From contig OZ037833.1 of the NCBI GenBank assembly GCA_964035575.1, positions 2,790,001 through 2,854,000 of the forward strand: a stretch of 64,000 nt of DNA. Direction: 5' to 3'. Made by a program: the position numbers and the translations under genes. Of this stretch, positions 56,771 to 64,000 are shown piece after piece (the stretch's first letter is position 1; the number at the start of each line of letters is the position of its first letter). This stretch comes from Rhynchopus sp. YZ270_cl-10. Taxonomy: Eukaryota. The notes beneath the pieces were generated by a model, which worked only from the letters and a program-made list of their open reading frames with translations, ran no database searches and had not been told where the DNA came from.

Positions 56771-59704
56771 ATGAAGTTCTGTGTCTTCGATCCGTCTATT
56801 CCCGTCTTTTGGCGGAGAGTAGCGCTTGGGGTATGTGTGATGTGGCTTCTCTTCTGTGTGCCTATGGCGATCTATGCACCAAAGCTCATGCCGCTTACGA
56901 CGTTGGTGATGGACCCGCCGAAGGGGTCTGACTCTGCAAAGGCGTGGGATGTGTTTACGGAGTACTTCCCAGCGTTTGCGACGGCGTCGCAGTTTGCGGT
57001 CGTGATTGAGGGCCCTGAGGTGTGGCCGGACAACAACATGATCTCCAACTTCACGAAGCACATAGAAGAGGACGCCTACGACTACCGCAACACACACAGA
57101 GACACCTTCCCGCCAGAGGTGGTCACCTGCAGTGTTGGGGTCTACGGAGACTCCTGTGCAGACTACGTGCTGCCCATGGGGAGAGCCTTCCAACCATTTG
57201 TTGAATCCTATTTTGTCTCAAAAGACAGAAAACTGACGTTCGTCATGGTTGTCTTCACAGACCCTACAGGGGACAGTGGGATGACGCCGTTTGCGGCAGA
57301 GTTTTTGAATGACTACGCAAAGCATCTTGAAAACGACGTTGTCGGAGGGTTCGGTGACTACCAGAAGCGGTATGGGATGAAGGGGTACACTGCGAGGGCG
57401 ACAGGGATTCTTATGCTTGGGATCGATGGGGAGACGGGGAGTGTTGACGACCTCGCGAAGATTGATATGATTGTCATGCCGACTGCGTTTTTGATCTTCA
57501 CATACTACGTACGGAGTGTGCGGATGTTGTTGATCCCGTTGTGCACGCTGTCGCTCTGCATCGGGGGGTCCTTCCTGTTTGTGTACCCGATTGCGAAGTA
57601 CTCGAGCATGACGTTCCTGACCTTCGTGCCGCAGTTCATGATGTCCTGCTGTCTTGCCATCTCGCTCGACTACAACCTCTTCATCCTCACACGCTTCAAG
57701 GAGGGCAACGACCTCGGCTTCCCCGTCTTCAAGACCCTAACGGACATTGTGGTGAACACCTGCGGGCACACCATTGCCATCTCGGGCACCCTCATCACGC
57801 TTGCATGGCTAGGACAGATGATCATCCCCTGCGATCCTCTCATTGCCCAAGGTCTTGCCACAGCCATCGCAACAGTGAACTGCATCTTTGTGAACGTCAC
57901 CCTAGGGCCCGCACTGTTGTGTGTGTTTCCGAAGTTCTTCAGCGAGCCCACGACACTGCACCCGCTGTACAGATTCATCGCTTATGTGAAAGGGCGGCGG
58001 TCTGCGAAGTATGGCACCATATCCCCTTCAGATGATGAGTCCGACGAAGGTGTGCAAAGAACGGGCCAGGCAAAGAACCTGCAGGGGACAAGCACAGGGT
58101 GCATCCTGCACTGTGGCGAGACAAGCGCTTCGTACTATGAAGAGCTTAAGGAGGGCAAGACCGCAACCGAGCTGCGTGACGAGGCAGCCCAGAAGCAGGC
58201 GCAGAACACCTGGTACAAAATTGCCAAATTCGTGCAAAAATACTCGATCTTCGTCATCGTGGGGGTGCTTGCTGTCGGTGCACCCTTCTACTCGAGGGTG
58301 CCTGAGATCAAGACCAGCACTGACCCCTTTGAGTTCGTGCCAAGAGACGCGCCGTCTGTCATCGCCTGGCGCGACCTGTCAAAGAACTTCCCCCCTGGGC
58401 AGCTCATCCCTTACTACATCATCACCGAGTTTACATACACCTCTAGGTCTGACAACGGAGCGGAGGTCGGTGCGCTGAACTCTTCCCTTGGGTACCAGAT
58501 GCTGAACGACCTCGTACACGGTATGATGACGGAGACGTGCCTCAAGGACTACAACCACGGGTCTGCCACCGGCATCCTCACGGGGGTCATGCAGGCCATC
58601 CACACTGACTACACATGGCTGTGCTACCCACCACAGGATCCCGACCCGCTTGCATGGGACGGCACCATCACGTGGGACTACCTCCACTCCCCTGAGCACG
58701 GTTTGTACGACAACTCATCCGATTTCGAGCCAATCGAGCGCCGCTGGGCCTGCCAAGCAGCATACGATGGGTTGTACAGTGTCATGATGACGCACGACGC
58801 ACGCGCCACGTTTATTGCTATGCTGTCGCCGTTTGAGCCGCTTGGCTCGGTTTCTAGCACCTGGATGGATCAGTTCGCGAAGGTGCAGAAGAAAATCGAG
58901 AAGAAATACACAAGAACCTTCGTTGTTGACGACGGTGAGGAGGTGGGCACACAGAGTCAGAGCGTTATTGCGTTGCCTGACGAGAACACGGAGGTGCCTT
59001 ACACGTTGAAGGTGTACCTTGCGGGGGGGAACACGATTCCACGCGACTACAACGCGCTTATCGACAAATACATGGTTCCGATGCTTCTGGGCATCATTGG
59101 TGTTGTGTCCTTTGTCATCTTCATTGCCTTCCGCAGCATTGTGACACCTATCCGCATGGCACTGACCATCTGCTACACTGTCGCCACCACCTTCGGCTTT
59201 GCGTACTACGTCTACCAGACGGACAGCTTCCATTGGCTCTTCCCGTACCTCAAGGACTATGATGGGGACGCCTTTATGTGGATCGTGCCTACCTGCGCAA
59301 TGGCGATCACTGCGTGCCTTGGGATGGACTACGATGTGTTCTTGACAACGCGGATCTATGAGTACAGAACGACACTGCGCTACACCTCGCAGGGCTCGAT
59401 TGTGAAGGGGCTGACGAAGACAGGGAGTATCATTACCGGGGCTGGGGTCATCATGTGTGTCGCCTTCTTTGGGCTGATATTGTCTGATGTCGTGGCGCTG
59501 AACCAATTTGGTGTGATTCTGTGCTTCTCTGTGCTGCTTGACACCTTCGTCGTGCGGTCTCTCTTTGTGCCTGCCACTATGTTCCTCTTCAACGAGCTGA
59601 ACTGGTGGCCTAGAAACGTCGATGAAGGCCTCTACGATGAAGATGACTTTGTTGACGACATCCCTGAGCTCAACCAAGCACCACCGGAAGATACAAGCAC
59701 ATAG
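56771..59704 (+). CDS. MMPL/RND-family membrane transporter
   Basis: Two-fold repeated architecture with ~12 TM segments. Motifs AISLDYNLFILTRFKE, LGMDYDVFLTTRIYE, TGSIITGAG, LLDTFVVRSLFVPA...NWWP. Confidence 0.9.
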   Translation: MKFCVFDPSIPVFWRRVALGVCVMWLLFCVPMAIYAPKLMPLTTLVMDPPKGSDSAKAWDVFTEYFPAFATASQFAVVIEGPEVWPDNNMISNFTKHIEEDAYDYRNTHRDTFPPEVVTCSVGVYGDSCADYVLPMGRAFQPFVESYFVSKDRKLTFVMVVFTDPTGDSGMTPFAAEFLNDYAKHLENDVVGGFGDYQKRYGMKGYTARATGILMLGIDGETGSVDDLAKIDMIVMPTAFLIFTYYVRSVRMLLIPLCTLSLCIGGSFLFVYPIAKYSSMTFLTFVPQFMMSCCLAISLDYNLFILTRFKEGNDLGFPVFKTLTDIVVNTCGHTIAISGTLITLAWLGQMIIPCDPLIAQGLATAIATVNCIFVNVTLGPALLCVFPKFFSEPTTLHPLYRFIAYVKGRRSAKYGTISPSDDESDEGVQRTGQAKNLQGTSTGCILHCGETSASYYEELKEGKTATELRDEAAQKQAQNTWYKIAKFVQKYSIFVIVGVLAVGAPFYSRVPEIKTSTDPFEFVPRDAPSVIAWRDLSKNFPPGQLIPYYIITEFTYTSRSDNGAEVGALNSSLGYQMLNDLVHGMMTETCLKDYNHGSATGILTGVMQAIHTDYTWLCYPPQDPDPLAWDGTITWDYLHSPEHGLYDNSSDFEPIERRWACQAAYDGLYSVMMTHDARATFIAMLSPFEPLGSVSSTWMDQFAKVQKKIEKKYTRTFVVDDGEEVGTQSQSVIALPDENTEVPYTLKVYLAGGNTIPRDYNALIDKYMVPMLLGIIGVVSFVIFIAFRSIVTPIRMALTICYTVATTFGFAYYVYQTDSFHWLFPYLKDYDGDAFMWIVPTCAMAITACLGMDYDVFLTTRIYEYRTTLRYTSQGSIVKGLTKTGSIITGAGVIMCVAFFGLILSDVVALNQFGVILCFSVLLDTFVVRSLFVPATMFLFNELNWWPRNVDEGLYDEDDFVDDIPELNQAPPEDTST

Positions 59705-60984
59705 GAATCTAGTGTCGAAGGAGGGAGAAGGAGGAGATGAGGGTATTGTGGATTCAAAGATGGTTATTCTAGCCAAGGGGTGGGGGGGCGAAGGGGTTCT
59801 TTGAAAAAAAAATTTTTTTAGAGAATTTTTTCAAGCGGGGAGGGAGGGGGAAAAGATGAGAAAAAAAAATCACTGTGCATCGCCATGAAGTGTCTGCACC
59901 ATTTTTTTTTTTTTTTTTTTGTGGTGCTCAAGTGTGCATGAGGCGTTTGCACCTTTTTTTTAGAGAAATTTTACTTTTTGTAGTGCTCCGACAAAAAAAA
60001 AAAATGCAAACAATATTTTTTGAATTCATATAGGGCCATTGATACGATCGCCGCACAGCTGCAAAAACCTTCCAAGCCTGAGTTCTCGGCGTGCTTGTTG
60101 CTGCGTTTTTTTTTAAAAGGAGGCGATTTCCAATGGGCCTTGGCGTAATAGGTACCTTTTTTTATTCAGTTTTCTCACAGGATGTGTGTGCACAAGAGAT
60201 ACACTCATCTTTCTTTTATTTTTTTGACTTATTTTTTTTACGAAACCCTTTCGTGACAGCGTACCTTGGTGTGCACCAAGGTACACTGTCATGAGAGGGC
60301 TTTGTATTTCAAGTCAACTTTCTTTTAAGTCCTTTGTACTTTCTCTTTGATTAGAAAGTATATGAAACGAGGTTCTTCAAATTGCTTGGATGTGTTCGTT
60401 CCAATCATTCCTGAGGAACAGGATTCCTCTATTTTTGTGTCTTTTTTTTTTGTTTGTACATTTAGTGCACCCTATTATACCATCTATTCAGTAGAATAGT
60501 TAGTATATGAAACAATTGTTTGTTTATTCTTATGTGCCGCGTCACATCCTCTCTTTTAGTCAATTTTCTTTGTACAACCTGCAAACTTGCTTTTTTCATC
60601 TATTCACCGCTCATTCCCTCCCTCCGGTATACGACTAGCTTTGCGTATTCCAACACCATATTTCGTGTTCCCTTGTTCTGCCGAATTCTGCTTCAAGATC
60701 AATATTCACACTAGGTACATTCGTAATACCAATTTTTTTGATTTTTTGGCGATTTTTTCTGCCTAAATGGTGTGATCGAAAAAAAACCCAAATTTAAGAG
60801 ACTTTTGCGAAGATCTTTTTTTTCTTTCTACTACTTTTTTGATCACCATTTTTTGTTATCGTTTCAGCTCCAAAAAAAATACCACACAAACCTTTTTAAG
60901 GCAAAAAATATTCTCCCAAAATCTCTCTAGGTGAGAATGGGTAATATTTTTATTGGGGCAAAACCCCCACACACCTCCCCTAAA

Positions 60985-61174
60985 CATACTTAGAAGACGA
61001 ATTTCGTATTCGCCCCCTACATTCGGATCCGAATATGGCATATTCGCCTGTTTTCTTCTATATTCGCTCAAAATTCTGACCCGAATACGATATTTGAATC
61101 CGAATTTTGGATGAATATGTCCCAGGAATTTTGGGATCCGAATATAGGGTGAACGTATTCGCCTTCTAGGTATG
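60985..61174. mobile_element. MITE with CATAC termini and 6-bp TSD
   Basis: CATACTTAGAAGACGAAT...ATTCGCCTTCTAGGTATG; CCTAAA at 60979-60984 and 61175-61180. Confidence 0.75.
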
Positions 61175-61560
61175 CCTAAAGTACAAAGACAATTAAATGC
61201 AGCAGCTGACGTTAACATATGCGTGCGACACCATACGCACGAAACACCTCTCTTTTCCTCCCTCCCTCACCCCCCCTATGTTCATCAGTTTCAAAGAAAC
61301 CCCCGCGAAAGAACAAAACAAAAATCTACATTTTCTGTACCGTTTTACCCATGACATAACTGGGCACAACTGGCACCATACTCACCTGAGCTGTGCCTAT
61401 ATTAGGCACAATTTCAGTACAATTTCAGCACAACTACACACAACTAACCACAACTAACCACAATTACACCACAATTACACACAATTACACCTAAATTACG
61501 CTGGGGGAAAAAATGGTACACCACCCTACAGGGAAGCATGCCACCACATGTAAGTGACCT

Positions 61561-61984
61561 GTACTGTACTGTACTGTACTGTACTGTACTGTACTGTACT
61601 GTACTGTACTGTACTGTACTGTACTGTACTGTACTGTACTGTACTGTACTGTACTGTACTGTACTGTACTGTACTGTACTGTACTGCTGTGTACTGTACT
61701 GCTGTGTACTGTACTGCTGTGTACTGTGTACTGTGTACTGTGTACTGTGTACTGTGTACTGTGTACTGTGTACTGTGTACTGTGTACTGTGTACTGTGTA
61801 CTGTGTACTGTGTACTGTGTACTGTGTACTGTGTACTGTGTACTGTGTACTGTGTACTGTGTACTGTGTACTGTGTACTGTGTACTGTGTACTGTGTACT
61901 GTGTACTGTGTACTGTGTACTGTGTACTGTGTACTGTGTACTGTGTACTGTGTACTGTGTACTGTGTACTGTGTACTGTGTACT
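61561..61984. repeat. Compound satellite: (GTACT)25, mixed units, then (GTGTACT)~38
   Basis: Directly visible perfect arrays. Confidence 0.98.
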
Positions 61985-62711
61985 GTGCGGAAATTGACCA
62001 AAAACGAGAATTTGTCCATTTCGGCAAATTGACCCCACCACTGGCCGGACGGATTCCGGAAATGCAAATGCCGGCGTTTAAAAGCTTGACCAACGAAAAC
62101 AAATTTCCAACACGTGAATGCCCCCATGACAACTGTGTAGAAACACGGGGAATCGGTTATGCAGCCACGCCAAAAAATGTGCAATTTTAAGCGAAATGTT
62201 ATCGAAGTCTTGTTGGCGTGAAAGAGCAGGAGAAACATGCAGAAAACAAAAAATATCCGTTTTTGCACACTTACACACACGTACCCACAAATACTCCACA
62301 AGTACCAACACTTACGCACACTTACGTACACTTACGCACATTTACACCCACTTACGCACAACTGAGCACAACTGGCCAGAACTGAGCACAATTACGCCAC
62401 AATTACACCACAATTACAGCACAATTACAGCGGCCCAAAACGGTACATTTTCTCCCTTCATTTCTCTTCCCCTCCCGCCCCTTCCCTGATATTGATTGCT
62501 GTGACCGATCCTTACCAATTATGATCTAGGCTTTACACTCCATAGGGTTACCGACAAACCCCTTTTTTTTTGATTTTTTTTTTCCATCTCATTCTTTCCC
62601 ACTCCACCCCAAGGTCACTTTGCACTTTGTCTTACACCCTCTTGGATATTTCTCCTTTTCCCTTCTAATTTATCTTTTCCTCCTTTCCTCCTTTCCCATT
62701 TCTCCCCTTTG

Positions 62712-64000
62712 ATGTCCGTAGGCGAGAAAAAGCGGAAGTTTGAGAAGATCTGCAGTGCTGACCCTGCACCAGAGTTTGTCTGCCCTGTGTGCTATGAACT
62801 GCTGCACGAGCCGATCCGGCTGCGTTGTTCTCATGTGTTTTGTTGGATATGCCTGTCGAAATGGTTGGCAAGCAACGATGGAAAGCTGACATGCCCTTTG
62901 GACCGTACTGCACCAGACGGTCTCCCTTCGCTCATAGACGAGGCACTTCAACAGCGCATCGTCTCCGCACACCCAGAAGAGTCCAAACGCAGACACGATT
63001 ATGTCGAAGCAGAGAAACGCCTTATGTTCCGCGACGTCGTCGACTTCCTACGTACCCGCAGCCACGTCAACGCACGTCTGGTCACCAATCTCAAACGCTC
63101 TGACTCAGGTGTCGCCCTCGAATCCGGATCGCGTCTAGAAAATGCGTTGCTTAGTCTCCCACGAGGTGAATTTGTTCCCCCCCTGTTTCGGTGTCAGGCA
63201 TACAGCATGAACCACGCACTGCACGTCACGTCGTTGCAGTATTATATGTCGCCTGCGTTGCAACAGGTGCAAAGCTTGCTGTTGTTGGACATCCAGGCAG
63301 GGCACAGTGTGTTGAATGTGGGAACCGGAGGGGGGCTGGTTGCGGCGTTGGCGGCGCAGATGACGACGGAGGTGGGGGTGGTGCATGGAATCGATGTGCG
63401 TCCTGTTCTTGTTGACTTTGCAAGGGACAACATTCTTGCACAGAGTGCCCGCGTCTCCTCTGCACAGACAATGCGACGCACCGGTGAATCCAACCCTGCA
63501 ACAGTGTACCGCGACTTCCTCCCCGGGGTGGTCCACGAAGGCTACCTCACACCACCGAAGGAGACGCGCCCGCCACACCTCTTCTACCTATACGCCGACA
63601 CCCTCGAGATCTCTACAGGCCAGTTTACCGGTAAAGTGCATTGGCCGCACAGAGGCAAGACAGTGGCGTTCTGCAAAGGCCGCATCACGTTGTGTGCGAA
63701 CGGCATCGACGCAGACATTGTCATCCGCGAAACGCAGGTTCACGTAACGAGGTACACCTGGGACCAGTTGGATTGGCTGCCTGCGGAATATTCGTTGCAT
63801 TGGCGTGGTGGGGTGCTTTCGGGTGCAGACTCGCAGGGGTGGGGTCTGGCGTGCAAGGTGGTCGAACGCAACGCACTCAGCGCAGCACCCAACTTCGACC
63901 ACGTGACCCTCCACACCGCCAACGTTCTCGACCCTAACGACATGGCGCCGCTCATTTCACGCCTCCCTGGGGGCTACGACCGCATACACTGCTGCTGCGA
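62712..64000 (+). CDS. RING finger fused to a protein-L-isoaspartate O-methyltransferase (PIMT/PCMT)-like domain; 3' end beyond the window
   Basis: Manual translation: MSVGEKKR...CPVC-x11-CSH-x2-CWIC...CPLD (RING), then LPRGEFVP, VLNVGTGGGLVAA, VHGIDV, ARDNI and YDRIHC. No stop before the window end, hence missing from the ORF track. Confidence 0.85.
   Translation, partial: MSVGEKKRKFEKICSADPAPEFVCPVCYELLHEPIRLRCSHVFCWICLSKWLASNDGKLTCPLDRTAPDGLPSLIDEALQQRIVSAHPEESKRRHDYVEAEKRLMFRDVVDFLRTRSHVNARLVTNLKRSDSGVALESGSRLENALLSLPRGEFVPPLFRCQAYSMNHALHVTSLQYYMSPALQQVQSLLLLDIQAGHSVLNVGTGGGLVAALAAQMTTEVGVVHGIDVRPVLVDFARDNILAQSARVSSAQTMRRTGESNPATVYRDFLPGVVHEGYLTPPKETRPPHLFYLYADTLEISTGQFTGKVHWPHRGKTVAFCKGRITLCANGIDADIVIRETQVHVTRYTWDQLDWLPAEYSLHWRGGVLSGADSQGWGLACKVVERNALSAAPNFDHVTLHTANVLDPNDMAPLISRLPGGYDRIHCCC

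Noticed and set aside
61444..62331. ORFs with STQYTVH / YCTVL repeats
   Set aside because: Translations of the GTACT/GTGTACT satellite, open in all frames.
1..64000. tRNA, rRNA or spliced-leader RNA genes; short F/K-rich intergenic ORFs
   Set aside because: No recognisable structural RNA by eye (tRNAscan/Infernal not run); the short ORFs derive from poly-T and poly-A tracts.

Overview
Eukaryotic genomic DNA, most likely a euglenozoan and probably a diplonemid. This is inferred from a trypanosomatid-like PKA N-terminus, all genes lying on one strand, and short GTATG...CAG cis-introns. About 15 protein genes form one + strand cluster: a 3063-aa multi-ART (ADP-ribosyltransferase) protein, CARNMT1, a vasohibin, a DHHC palmitoyltransferase, an EAK-repeat protein, a Roco GTPase sharing that repeat, a pseudo-enolase, a PKA catalytic subunit, an MMPL transporter, several unknowns, and a RING-PIMT fusion that runs off the window end and is absent from the ORF track. 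Intergenic DNA holds several non-autonomous DNA transposons with readable TSDs and families of short dispersed motifs whose copies found are all on the + strand. It also holds a 3-kb nested fold-back element (32869-35849) with flip/flop palindromes capped by GCGAAGC and a relic tyrosine-recombinase-like frame. All calls were made by eye; no database searches were run.
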